From IMG/VR virus record IMGVR_UViG_3300029720_000024: a stretch of DNA of 46,964 bases; one strand, written 5' to 3'. Source of the DNA: a virus. Of this stretch, positions 31,428 through 40,779 are shown piece after piece; the first letter of the stretch is position 1, and every line of letters begins with the position of its first letter. A program made the position numbers and the translations under genes. The notes below the pieces were generated by a model. The model ran no database searches and was not told the DNA's origin. It was given only the letters and a program-made list of their open reading frames with translations.

Positions 31428-34243
31428 CACACGTTACCTATGGCAATATTGTTCATATTGACCGATTGATTGACTATCCTGCCCAGCTTCGCAGAGGGAT
31501 ACAGTGCTATCTCCACGTCCTTATCCGCTATTCTCTTGAGCAGGGCTATGATGGTTTGTGTATCCTTATCGTTCAGCCCGCCCATTATGGATTGCAGCTT
31601 ATCAAGGGGGGCTATGACTTCGGGATTATTCTTGGCGTTGGCGTATTCGCCTACCCTTGCGAGGGTATCGCCATAAGCAAGGCCGCCCTGCGCCAGCAGG
31701 GGAATAGTTTTAAGGGTAAATAATTGTTTGTCTACGCCCGCGAATATCGTTTTGCCGCCAATAACAAGAGGATCAATGGTAATGTGCATCTTCTCATTTA
31801 CCCAGTTGATGAGCTTGTTCATCAGCGATATAGCAGCGTTAATGGCTTTCTTGAACACGTCCTTAAACGCGAGCTCAACTCCGTCCATAGCAGAAGTCCA
31901 CTTTTCTTTTGTGAACCACGGCTCAACATTCTCACGGAACCATTTCACAATGCCTAAAGTGTTCCACCATTCAACGACGGCCTCCCATTTCTCTCCGATG
32001 CCTTCTTTCATGCCTTCACCGGCTTCTGCCCACTTTTCTTTAGTCAACCACGGCTGAACCTTTTCCTCGAACCACTTGGCGATCCCAGTATTCTCCCACC
32101 ACTCCTTGAAGCTGTTCCATTCTTCGCGGAGGTTATCCAAGCTAAGGGTTGCACCCTCCGTGTTAAGGCGTATTTGTTTCTCGTTTTCGGGTTTAAGGTT
32201 TTTCCACCATTCAACGGTTTTGTCCCAGTCTCCTGTTGAATTTTTCTGGCTTATTGCGGTATCCACACGCAGAGTTTTCCATTGGTCGGCATTCGTTTTT
32301 TCCCACCAATTTATAAGGTTTTTTGTTTCATCATCCTTTGTTTCTAAGGATACTGTACCGCCCAACTGTATCTTGTCGTGTTTGCCGTCATTAAGTATAT
32401 CCATCTTTTCATTGGACTGCCCAAGACCTTTATTTATGCCGTAGAATATCTTCTGCTTCGCCTTTAGTGCTGCGATTAGGAGCCGCCACGCTTTCTCCGC
32501 TATTGATTCCCAATCAATATTTTCAAGCATTTCCTGCAACTTCGAGCTTACCTCGTTCCAGTTCGTTGTTTCTATAATACCTGTCAGAAAATCAAGAACA
32601 CTGCCTATCTTCGCCTCTATAACATCAGCGGTCGCGGCTGCATCCCAATCTTCCACAAAGCCATTGATAAAATCGCCTATGCCTTTTCCGAGGTCGCTCC
32701 ATTTGATACCTTTGAGCCACTTTGCAACAACCTTCATAGCAAGGTTAAACCCGTTGGCGAGGGTATTGCCGAGCTTACGGAAGTTGAAGTTCTCTATAAA
32801 GCCGTTTACCGCTTCTACGATATCCTGAACGGTTTTCAGTATCTTAGGTCGGAGCTTATCTATCCAACCGTTGAGCTGGCTTACTGCGGTATTTAAGCCT
32901 TGTGCAATGACTGTACCTACACCTTTCCAGTCTCCGGCTTTTATGGCGGCTTTAAGTTTATCCATCCATTTGGAAACATCGGTCGGAAGCATACTCTCAA
33001 CAGATGTTTCCTTGAACATGCCGGAAGTATCCGCGCCTCCTGTTCCGCCGCTGTCTTTCTGCTGCTGAATAAGGTTGATCTGGTCGAATCCCGCAAGAGT
33101 GCCTTTCAGATCTTTTGCGGCTTTGTTGGATTTATTAAGGGATTTTGCGTAATCCTGCTGCACATATACCGCCTTTGTAAAGGTGGAATCGCCTCTGAAT
33201 TTTGCGAACAGTGCGCCCAGCATATTAAACAAACCGGCTACCGCCTGTATTATCTTGTTTATTACGGGGAGTATGGATTGCAGAGCAGGAAGCAGCATAG
33301 CTGCTATACTGTTTTTGACATAAGTAAAACCGCTTTGCAGCTGGGACATGGCGGCGTTGGCCTTACTACTGGCCTGCACCATATTATTCATACCTTCGGT
33401 AGTTCCCATGATCATGGCATTGATACTTCGCCATATAATCATACGCGACAGTATCTTTGTCACAGCCTTTCCCATTTTAGAGAAACCAGAAGTGATATCT
33501 TTTACTTTGGTTTTAACCGCATCTACAGCCTTGCCGAATACTTTCTTTACAGCTCCGCCTATTTTCGATACGACAGCTCCGACTTTTGCTTTTATCCCTC
33601 CAAAAGCCGTGACGGTCTCGCCAAACTTCTCTTTGATTGTCCCGACCTTTTCCCTGAATGCATCGAACTTACTGCCGGCCCCTTCCGTCTCGCCTTGTAT
33701 TTGTTGCATTTTTTGAATGGCTTCATCAATACTTGGAATCCAGTTTTTATCTTTTTCCCTGAATGCCTGTGCAATACTCTTACCACCATTATCTTCCCAA
33801 AGAGCGCGACGCTTGGCGTATGCCTCGTTTGCATCAGCACGGGCTTGCGCTTCATCCTCTGCGGCGGCGCGTATCCTTGCCGCCGTTTCCTCAGCGGCAT
33901 CGGCGGCCAGCTTCGCCCAACGTATTTCATCAGCTCGTGCAGCAGCTTCTTTTTTTGCCGTCTCTTCCGCCGCTTTATTGGCTTTTGAAAGCCTTTGTTT
34001 TGCAATAGCCAACCGCGCATTGGCTTCTTCCATTTGAGCCGCGTACTTCACCCTTGCGGCTTCGGTTTTAAGCGCTTCCCTTTCCGCTGCGGCTTGTGCG
34101 CGTATGGCCTTCGCGTTCTGCATACTGCTTGCCGACTGCTTTACAAATCGGTTAAGTCTGGTTTCCAGTTCGGTCAAGACCTTCTCGGCGGTTGAAGCAT
34201 CACATCCGACTAAAATTTGTAATTCTTCAACGACCACGGACAT
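31427..34243 (-). CDS. Tape measure protein
   Basis: 938 aa, helical and repeat-rich, located after the chaperone pair. Confidence 0.85.
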   Translation of the reverse strand: MSVVVEELQILVGCDASTAEKVLTELETRLNRFVKQSASSMQNAKAIRAQAAAEREALKTEAARVKYAAQMEEANARLAIAKQRLSKANKAAEETAKKEAAARADEIRWAKLAADAAEETAARIRAAAEDEAQARADANEAYAKRRALWEDNGGKSIAQAFREKDKNWIPSIDEAIQKMQQIQGETEGAGSKFDAFREKVGTIKEKFGETVTAFGGIKAKVGAVVSKIGGAVKKVFGKAVDAVKTKVKDITSGFSKMGKAVTKILSRMIIWRSINAMIMGTTEGMNNMVQASSKANAAMSQLQSGFTYVKNSIAAMLLPALQSILPVINKIIQAVAGLFNMLGALFAKFRGDSTFTKAVYVQQDYAKSLNKSNKAAKDLKGTLAGFDQINLIQQQKDSGGTGGADTSGMFKETSVESMLPTDVSKWMDKLKAAIKAGDWKGVGTVIAQGLNTAVSQLNGWIDKLRPKILKTVQDIVEAVNGFIENFNFRKLGNTLANGFNLAMKVVAKWLKGIKWSDLGKGIGDFINGFVEDWDAAATADVIEAKIGSVLDFLTGIIETTNWNEVSSKLQEMLENIDWESIAEKAWRLLIAALKAKQKIFYGINKGLGQSNEKMDILNDGKHDKIQLGGTVSLETKDDETKNLINWWEKTNADQWKTLRVDTAISQKNSTGDWDKTVEWWKNLKPENEKQIRLNTEGATLSLDNLREEWNSFKEWWENTGIAKWFEEKVQPWLTKEKWAEAGEGMKEGIGEKWEAVVEWWNTLGIVKWFRENVEPWFTKEKWTSAMDGVELAFKDVFKKAINAAISLMNKLINWVNEKMHITIDPLVIGGKTIFAGVDKQLFTLKTIPLLAQGGLAYGDTLARVGEYANAKNNPEVIAPLDKLQSIMGGLNDKDTQTIIALLKRIADKDVEIALYPSAKLGRIVNQSVNMNNIAIGNV

Positions 34244-34523
34244 ATCCTCCGAATTTATTTCTTATTTCGTCTATCCTGTTGTCAAGGCTCCGCTCCCACG
34301 ACGCAGGAACAAACAGTTCTTCGTACTTCGGCAAATCGTGCTTGGACTTGGAGAACATATTGCTTATGTTGGCGGCAATAAACCTTGATACCAGCACGCT
34401 TGAATAGTACATTTCCCTGCACTGGTTTTCCTCGCGGGCTTCGATATAGTCTACAATATCGGCGGGTTCATGCTCCCAAAACTGATTTGGGAGCATTCCC
34501 GCCATGCTTGCACGTTTGAGCAA
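34227..34523 (-). CDS. Tail assembly chaperone, T-like part (probably made as a -1 frameshift extension of 34586..34996)
   Basis: The -1 frame relative to the upstream gene stays open from at least ~34670 through 34523. Confidence 0.45.
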   Translation of the reverse strand: MLKRASMAGMLPNQFWEHEPADIVDYIEAREENQCREMYYSSVLVSRFIAANISNMFSKSKHDLPKYEELFVPASWERSLDNRIDEIRNKFGGYVRGR

Positions 34524-34585
34524 ATCGTAGATTATATCGGTGAAGTCCTTTTCAATGTTTTTCTTAACGTCCTCGAACTGCTCTC

Positions 34586-34996
34586 TTAGCGAACGACGCT
34601 CTTCGCCACGTCCGCCGCTGCCGCCGTTATCGCCTCGGTCATTGCCGCCGACATATCCAGCTTGTTTAAGGGCTCTCTCATATAGTCCTGAATGCTCTGC
34701 CCTTTCAGGTCTACACGACCGAAAAAACCCATACCGTAAGCGAAGTTCACCAGCTCGGTATAGATGTCCTCCATGTAAGTACCCTGCTCCATGAGCTTGT
34801 CAAACTCATCGAACACGGCCTGCTTGCTCTTAGGTTTGGGGTTTGCAAACGACATTACCACATCTGCAAAGAAATCCAAATCGCCCTGCTCGTAAGCGGT
34901 GAGGAACTTTACTTTGAGATTAGGAGCACCTATTTTCTGTTTGAGGTCGCAATAAGCCTTGCAGGAGGCTTTAAGTTCAAATTCACCGATATTCAT
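34586..34996 (-). CDS. Tail assembly chaperone (G-like)
   Basis: Lies between the major tail and tape measure genes. 136 aa. Confidence 0.6.
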   Translation of the reverse strand: MNIGEFELKASCKAYCDLKQKIGAPNLKVKFLTAYEQGDLDFFADVVMSFANPKPKSKQAVFDEFDKLMEQGTYMEDIYTELVNFAYGMGFFGRVDLKGQSIQDYMREPLNKLDMSAAMTEAITAAAADVAKSVVR

Positions 34997-35007
34997 GTTG
35001 TTCTCCT

Positions 35008-35508
35008 TTATACGGGGGTAGTTACGGTTTTGCCGTTGAACAGGTCAACATAGGAAGTCGTTTCGCCCTGGAATGCGATATACACGGAATCGCCGACAAG
35101 GTTGACGGAGAATGCGCCCGTTTGGGCGTTATTCGCCTGCTGTCCGCCCGCGTACATGGATACGACCTTGCCCTTGTAAAGAATACCGGTGCCGAGCTTG
35201 GTAGCATCGGAAGGGATTTCGTACTCTTCGTAAATCCAGATAACATCACCGACCAGAAGTCCCATCTTCGCCATATTGCCGGTCTCGGCGGTGAAGTCGG
35301 GGACGAAGGAATACTCAAACACGGGCATTTCCTGCTGACCGGCAAGGTTACGCACGAAATATTCAGATATAATGTTTACGGAAACCTCGGAGGGCGAACC
35401 GCCCTTATCGGGGGTCTGGGTAAGACCGGCTATCTCGGTCTTGTTTGCCATAGTGTAAGCGGTATCATAAAATACGCGCTGGCCTACGGAAGCCTGATAC
35501 TGTGCCAT
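35008..35508 (-). CDS. Major tail protein
   Basis: Assigned from position and size (166 aa). Confidence 0.6.
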   Translation of the reverse strand: MAQYQASVGQRVFYDTAYTMANKTEIAGLTQTPDKGGSPSEVSVNIISEYFVRNLAGQQEMPVFEYSFVPDFTAETGNMAKMGLLVGDVIWIYEEYEIPSDATKLGTGILYKGKVVSMYAGGQQANNAQTGAFSVNLVGDSVYIAFQGETTSYVDLFNGKTVTTPV

Positions 35509-35520
35509 ATTTTCTCTCCT

Positions 35521-35883
35521 TTAGAACGTTTTTGTTTTCTTGAAATAGACTACGTTGACGTGCCATTTCCCGTTTGCGTCGCGGTACGGCTCTGTCGAGC
35601 GTGTCTTGATATAGTGTTTTTCCAGCATTGCGGCGTGGAGTTTGTCAGCCAAATCGAGAACGCCTGTAAATCCCTTGGTGCTTATGTAGGTCTCGCCCCA
35701 CACACCACATCTTATTGAGGTGGCGGGAAGCGCTTCGCCCTCTAAGGATTTTACCGATGTCTCCTGTGTGATGTTCAATGTCACGATAGGATACCTTTCG
35801 GGGGTCTCGTCAGATTCCGGCTGAACCTCAACTTTAAGTTTTTTGTTAAGATACTTCTGAGCGTCCTTATAGATATTCGTCAT
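35521..35883 (-). CDS. Tail completion / head-tail joining protein
   Basis: Position in the conserved siphovirus gene order. Confidence 0.45.
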   Translation of the reverse strand: MTNIYKDAQKYLNKKLKVEVQPESDETPERYPIVTLNITQETSVKSLEGEALPATSIRCGVWGETYISTKGFTGVLDLADKLHAAMLEKHYIKTRSTEPYRDANGKWHVNVVYFKKTKTF

Positions 35884-36347
35884 AGCAGTTTCCTTATCTC
35901 GTCCGCCACGGACTGAACAACAAAATCCTTTGCCGCGTCAAAGGCGGGCTTCATATAGGGGTGAGGGTGTGCGCCATAAACCTTGTAGAACAGTCCCTTC
36001 TTGCTTAGGACGGTCTCAAAGTTGTACTTGCTCAGGTCTGCCATGCTCTCATGAACATACCACGGGATTTTTGCCGAAGAACCCAGCTCGTTATAAATAC
36101 CCGTACCGTATTCCAGCGTCATAGCCTGCGGGATAGCTGCGGTATGCACCTTTCCCTTTACGGTTCCGGTTTTCTCATCGAAAATGGTAAACTCTATCGA
36201 ATTTTTCAGTTCTCCCGAATCAACGCGAACCATAGAGATAGCTATATCCGCCATTTCCTTACCGCCGCTTTCTATGCCTTTTCGGATGGCGGACTGAATA
36301 TCCGGCCTTTCAAACCTCTTTATGACTTTAACTTTGGCGTTAAACAT
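35880..36347 (-). CDS. HK97 gp10-family head-tail joining protein
   Basis: ..VDSGELKNSI.. and ..HPHPYMKPAFD.. pattern. ATG at 36347. Confidence 0.6.
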   Translation of the reverse strand: MFNAKVKVIKRFERPDIQSAIRKGIESGGKEMADIAISMVRVDSGELKNSIEFTIFDEKTGTVKGKVHTAAIPQAMTLEYGTGIYNELGSSAKIPWYVHESMADLSKYNFETVLSKKGLFYKVYGAHPHPYMKPAFDAAKDFVVQSVADEIRKLL

Positions 36348-36666
36348 ACTTCTTTGCCGTATATGTCGAGAACCCACGGGCGGAATTGACGGATTCCACA
36401 ATATAGCTCGGCGTTTCCTGCGGGTCGTTCAAGCAGATTCCGTCACCCTCGACTATCTGAACAGGCCCATCGGAGGGGTCTTTGCAGATTTTGATATATT
36501 CCTTGATACGTTCGCCGTACATGGCTATATCCTCTGCGCTTCCGGCAGAGTTAGCCACAAGTTTATACCGTCTGACTAAGGCCCACTCCGAAACAACAGT
36601 CTGCCCGTTTATCGTCTCCTTAATGGGGGCAAGCACATAAACGTCCTTCTTATCCTTCGCTCTCAT
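36340..36666 (-). CDS. Head closure protein
   Basis: Assigned from gene order. Confidence 0.45.
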   Translation of the reverse strand: MRAKDKKDVYVLAPIKETINGQTVVSEWALVRRYKLVANSAGSAEDIAMYGERIKEYIKICKDPSDGPVQIVEGDGICLNDPQETPSYIVESVNSARGFSTYTAKKYV

Positions 36667-36958
36667 ATACCGCTCCTAACGGGTTCATTTTGCCTTTTAA
36701 AGCCAGTTTAAGATTCTCGGTAATATCTATATAGTTAGTGGACACTCCCGCCGCAGATTGGGAATTAAAGGCTTCTGCGCCCATCTTCCCTATCGCCTTT
36801 ACCGCCGCGTCCTCTATATAGGGTTCTAACCACTTCGGAGGCTCCTTGTAGCGGGTAATGGCACACGCTACTGCGGTATACCGCTCCAAAAACATCAGGA
36901 TAACGCCGTCCGGCGCACCCGTTTGAAGCTTTACGTTGTTTACCATTACCTCATTCAT
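36650..36958 (-). CDS. Head-tail connector (gp6-like)
   Basis: Assigned from gene order. Confidence 0.45.
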   Translation of the reverse strand: MNEVMVNNVKLQTGAPDGVILMFLERYTAVACAITRYKEPPKWLEPYIEDAAVKAIGKMGAEAFNSQSAAGVSTNYIDITENLKLALKGKMNPLGAVYESEG

Positions 36959-37159
36959 TTATTCCTCCTTCTTAGGGCGGCCCCGCCGCTTGGGTTCTTC
37001 TTCCTTAAACTCTCCGTCGTGTTCGTATCCCAGGGCGATAAGCTTTCTTATCGTCGCTTCGTTGGAAGTCTCAAAAAGGCCACGCACAAACTGTGCTATG
37101 GCCTTATCTTCCTTCACATCAAAGGGGATACTCGTTTTGTTCCCCTGATAGAATTTCAT
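36959..37159 (-). CDS. Small hypothetical head-module protein
   Basis: 66-aa ORF with a basic C-terminus. Confidence 0.4.
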   Translation of the reverse strand: MKFYQGNKTSIPFDVKEDKAIAQFVRGLFETSNEATIRKLIALGYEHDGEFKEEEPKRRGRPKKEE

Positions 37160-37161
37160 GG

Positions 37162-38112
37162 TTATTCAGTGGTGAGGTTGGTTATCTTGCCGTGGAGCCA
37201 TTCAGGGCCGTAGTTCAGACCTACCTGTCCGAATATCTCGCCCTTCTTGCCCGCGCCGTTCTTAGCCAGTTCCTCAAAGAAGAAGTTGCCCTTGCCGGGG
37301 GTGGGCTGCTCTACAAGATGCACTACATCACGACGGAAAAGAAGTATCTGGTCTTTGGGCATGGCGCGGGAAAGGACTATGCCCACATCGCCGAAGTCGG
37401 TGATAAGGCGGGTCACGTTCACACCAGCCTCCATGCGGGAATCCGGCATCTGCATGGAACCCTCATACAGCGCGGAAATAGCCGCCTTCTGGAAGGAATT
37501 GCACATCAGTATCATACCGTTCACATCACCGCCGTTGTCGAAGATGGACTTGACCAGTGACTTTATCATAGCCTTGGTCAGCGCGGCAGCGGTAGAACCT
37601 GAGCCCTTCGCGTCTATGACGTTGGTGGTCAGCGCGGTAAGAATACCACGGGACTTGTTGACGGTAGCATCGGTGGTAGCGGCGTTGTACTCGCCCTGCA
37701 AGGAAGTGAACTCTATATCGTTGGCGATATTGAGCATCTGGCGGGAAATCTGCCAGTTCCACTCGTCGCCGGGGTTCGCCTGCTGACCGGCTATGTTGAT
37801 ACCGCTCATAGTACCCATGTTAGATTCCTTGGCATAGGAAATCTCGCAAGCCCTCTGGTATATCTGGGTCACGTTGGTGTGCTGGGTGCGGGTTATCTTC
37901 TTGGTGTCAGGCGCGGTCATGGATGCCTGCTCGGATATGGCAGGCTGGGAGGGAGTGTCAAGGGAATACTCCTGATCTACCGCGAACTGAACGTGATTGG
38001 TGTACTGAGGCTCCGCTATAAGGTTTATAAACGGGGTCTGGGTGTTGCTCTTGGTGTAGAGCAGGCCGGAATAGTTAGGTACTGCAAAACTCATTATAGG
38101 GGCGTTTGCCAT
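37162..38112 (-). CDS. Major capsid protein
   Basis: 316 aa, directly after the scaffold gene. Confidence 0.75.
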   Translation of the reverse strand: MANAPIMSFAVPNYSGLLYTKSNTQTPFINLIAEPQYTNHVQFAVDQEYSLDTPSQPAISEQASMTAPDTKKITRTQHTNVTQIYQRACEISYAKESNMGTMSGINIAGQQANPGDEWNWQISRQMLNIANDIEFTSLQGEYNAATTDATVNKSRGILTALTTNVIDAKGSGSTAAALTKAMIKSLVKSIFDNGGDVNGMILMCNSFQKAAISALYEGSMQMPDSRMEAGVNVTRLITDFGDVGIVLSRAMPKDQILLFRRDVVHLVEQPTPGKGNFFFEELAKNGAGKKGEIFGQVGLNYGPEWLHGKITNLTTE

Positions 38113-38125
38113 GATATTTTCTCCT

Positions 38126-38713
38126 TTAAGTTAAGTCTATTTTTTTGGATTGCGCGAGGGTCATAAGCTGCACTTGCTTAAGCATATTGCCCGACTTGAC
38201 AGCTTCCGCCCACTCCGCTTTGAGTTGAGCGGCTTCGTTCGCCTCTGCCCCGGAAGCAGGGGGTGTGCCGCCGCCCAGAAGGTCAGTTTTCGCCTTCTGC
38301 TCCGCCGCAATCACCTTGGCGGACAGAAGCTTTACGATGGAGTTCGCAAAAGCCGTAGCCTTATCCGTCTCCGTGAATGTAGGCATTTCGGGAAAATCGT
38401 CCTCTTTCAGCCCTGCTCCGGCAAATATCTTGCCTATTTCAAGACTGCAAATCTTAGTCTTGTATTCGTTCTCCGCGTCCTTTGCGGCTTTTTCCGCTTC
38501 GGCTCTGCGCTGCTCGTCCGTCATTTCTTTCTCCTTATAGGATTTAAGGTTTCTCGACAGCTCGGCGGCCTCGGAGGCTTTTTTGTCGAATACATCTTTT
38601 TTTACATATCCTGTGTAATCAGGTGTAAATTCATAAGATGAATAAAGCGCAAGCTTTTCCTCGGCGGTCATATCTTCCCGATAGCCTTCCATTTTGGTAA
38701 TGTCTATTTTCAT
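38126..38713 (-). CDS. Scaffolding protein
   Basis: Helical, charged, 195 aa, between the gp7-like and capsid genes. Confidence 0.65.
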   Translation of the reverse strand: MKIDITKMEGYREDMTAEEKLALYSSYEFTPDYTGYVKKDVFDKKASEAAELSRNLKSYKEKEMTDEQRRAEAEKAAKDAENEYKTKICSLEIGKIFAGAGLKEDDFPEMPTFTETDKATAFANSIVKLLSAKVIAAEQKAKTDLLGGGTPPASGAEANEAAQLKAEWAEAVKSGNMLKQVQLMTLAQSKKIDLT

Positions 38714-38756
38714 TTTTTCTCCTTTGGGATTTATGTCTTCTCTGACAAAATGGGAT

Positions 38757-39383
38757 TTATGCCTTCTCTGGCGTAAAATAGCACCGGCAATTAGGGTGTT
38801 TTGTCGGTATTTTGTCTATTGGATAAATTTTTCCGTTGCGTTCTTCACACTCTTTGCAGACTTTTTCATCGTTCTGTGTGTGCCACTTGATTTTTTTATA
38901 ACCGTTGTCCTTAAAGGCCCTTATTACGGTCTTATCTTCAACGGTGATGGCGAATTGGTCTGTTTGCCTTGTCACATAGTTTAATCCCCGCGTGAAATCC
39001 TGCTTTATAGGGGGATAATTGACGGTAGGGGGGTCTTTGCCGGAGTACTCGGCATCTGCGATTATGGATTCAGCCAATCTTGCCCCCTTTCGTTCCAGTT
39101 CTTTTGTGAAAACATATTTAACAACAGGGTCGTAATCGTCCAGAATACCTATTACCCACGCTTCGAGTATCCTATCCGGCCCGTTATGGTCTGCGTATGC
39201 TTTCTTGGCTATATCCAAGTACGCTTCTTCGGATAATCTCAGGATTTTTCTGTACAGAAGATTTATCTGGTCGATTACCTTTGTGTTGGAATCAATATAA
39301 AAGAGCGTTTCCTTAGTTTTCAGAAACGCCCTCGTTATTGTTTTTTTCAGGCTCTTCGCCCGTTCGTCCCCGTACTCGTACAT
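38757..39383 (-). CDS. Minor head protein (SPP1 gp7 / Mu F-like)
   Basis: C-terminal KWHTQNDEKVCKECEERNGKIYPIDKIPTKHPNCRCYFTP. Confidence 0.75.
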   Translation of the reverse strand: MYEYGDERAKSLKKTITRAFLKTKETLFYIDSNTKVIDQINLLYRKILRLSEEAYLDIAKKAYADHNGPDRILEAWVIGILDDYDPVVKYVFTKELERKGARLAESIIADAEYSGKDPPTVNYPPIKQDFTRGLNYVTRQTDQFAITVEDKTVIRAFKDNGYKKIKWHTQNDEKVCKECEERNGKIYPIDKIPTKHPNCRCYFTPEKA

Positions 39384-40779
39384 TCATTGCCTCCGCTATT
39401 TCGTTTGCCTCCTGCTTATCCTGTTCAAGCTTCCGCTGATGAGCGGCCTCGGAATCCTCCACGAAAGACACCATATCAAGAATGTCCTTATCTGAAAGTA
39501 GCCCGGAGCCCTTGACTTGGGTCATAAATTGCGCCTCGTCCGTCATAGAGGAAGGAATATTCCTTGCGAACGCCACATCTAACACTTCCCAATTATAGTG
39601 GTTGGCGGTTCCCTCATTCATCAGCGCGGTTATCTTCTGCGCCCTGCCCTCCAGCAGACCTTTTTCAAAGTTACGTTCATACGCTATTATCGTGTTATCC
39701 ATACCGTAGTTCTGGTATCTGACGGCCTGGATATTCTGATACACTTCGGCTATTTCAGTGGGGTTGGTCTGGCCTAAAGAGGCGTATATATCGCCAGTCA
39801 GAATGTCGAAGTACCCTTGAATGGATTGTATGTCAACATTCTTTATCAGCCATTCAACCTTATTATCCTCGCCCAGATATAAGGTCTTGAATTTGGACAG
39901 CCTTTCGTGGAATTCTTCTTCGTCCTCATCGGTTTCGGGCTGCATGTAGCCAATCATAAGAAGAATGGCCTCATCGTTATATTTAAACGTGTTGGAAACG
40001 TTGTTCAGAATGGCGTTTCTCGCGTGAACCAATGGAAGAACCTTTTCAAAATACCCTTCTCTGTTTGGCATGGGGTATTCTACAATGGGTATGCCGCAGG
40101 TCTTAAGCAGCGCCATTTCGGAAGCTGTGGCGGGTTCTTCCCGAACGTTGCCGTCAAATATATACTTTGTCCAGCGGTCGTCCGTAATCAGTTCATAGGT
40201 CTCATACTTCCGATTGTCCACGAGCGAAAAATATTCTTCTCGAATGATAAAAGCCGTGGGATTGCGGTCTATGGTCTGGTCGTGGAACAGCATTGCTTTT
40301 CTGGGATCCACGGGCTTGAACTTTGGAGCTATCAGGCCGTCCCTTTTAGAAGCGTATATCCGTTCGTATGCCGTGCCGCATATCAGTGCGGAAGTGGCAA
40401 GCCGCATATTCTCCTTGTCTTCGTGGTTCCGGCGCATTATCGCACGATAGCGGTTCAAATATGCGTCGTCCCTCGGATTCTTATCGGGCAAGTCCTCAAA
40501 CTGCATCTTAGGCCGCCCGGCAACATCGGAAGTCTTTTTGACTACCGTATTCGTCTGAACGTAGTATTTGCACGGTGAGCCTATGAAGTACCCGGCGGCT
40601 ATGTCTACCGCGTATTTAGGGATAGGGGAATATATACCATTCATACCGGCGCAGTCGTATTCCTTATACATATCGCACCTTTTCAGAATGGAATCCTCCA
40701 GCGCACAGCCGAATACGGTTCTTATGTTATCCCCGTTTATCCTGCGGGCTTCTTCCCGCGTTAAAATCATTTCTGTCAC
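39313..40779 (-). CDS. Portal protein (SPP1 gp6-like)
   Basis: 488 aa, immediately after TerL with an overlapping stop/start. Confidence 0.8.
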   Translation of the reverse strand: MTEMILTREEARRINGDNIRTVFGCALEDSILKRCDMYKEYDCAGMNGIYSPIPKYAVDIAAGYFIGSPCKYYVQTNTVVKKTSDVAGRPKMQFEDLPDKNPRDDAYLNRYRAIMRRNHEDKENMRLATSALICGTAYERIYASKRDGLIAPKFKPVDPRKAMLFHDQTIDRNPTAFIIREEYFSLVDNRKYETYELITDDRWTKYIFDGNVREEPATASEMALLKTCGIPIVEYPMPNREGYFEKVLPLVHARNAILNNVSNTFKYNDEAILLMIGYMQPETDEDEEEFHERLSKFKTLYLGEDNKVEWLIKNVDIQSIQGYFDILTGDIYASLGQTNPTEIAEVYQNIQAVRYQNYGMDNTIIAYERNFEKGLLEGRAQKITALMNEGTANHYNWEVLDVAFARNIPSSMTDEAQFMTQVKGSGLLSDKDILDMVSFVEDSEAAHQRKLEQDKQEANEIAEAMNVRVRGRTGEEPEKNNNEGVSEN

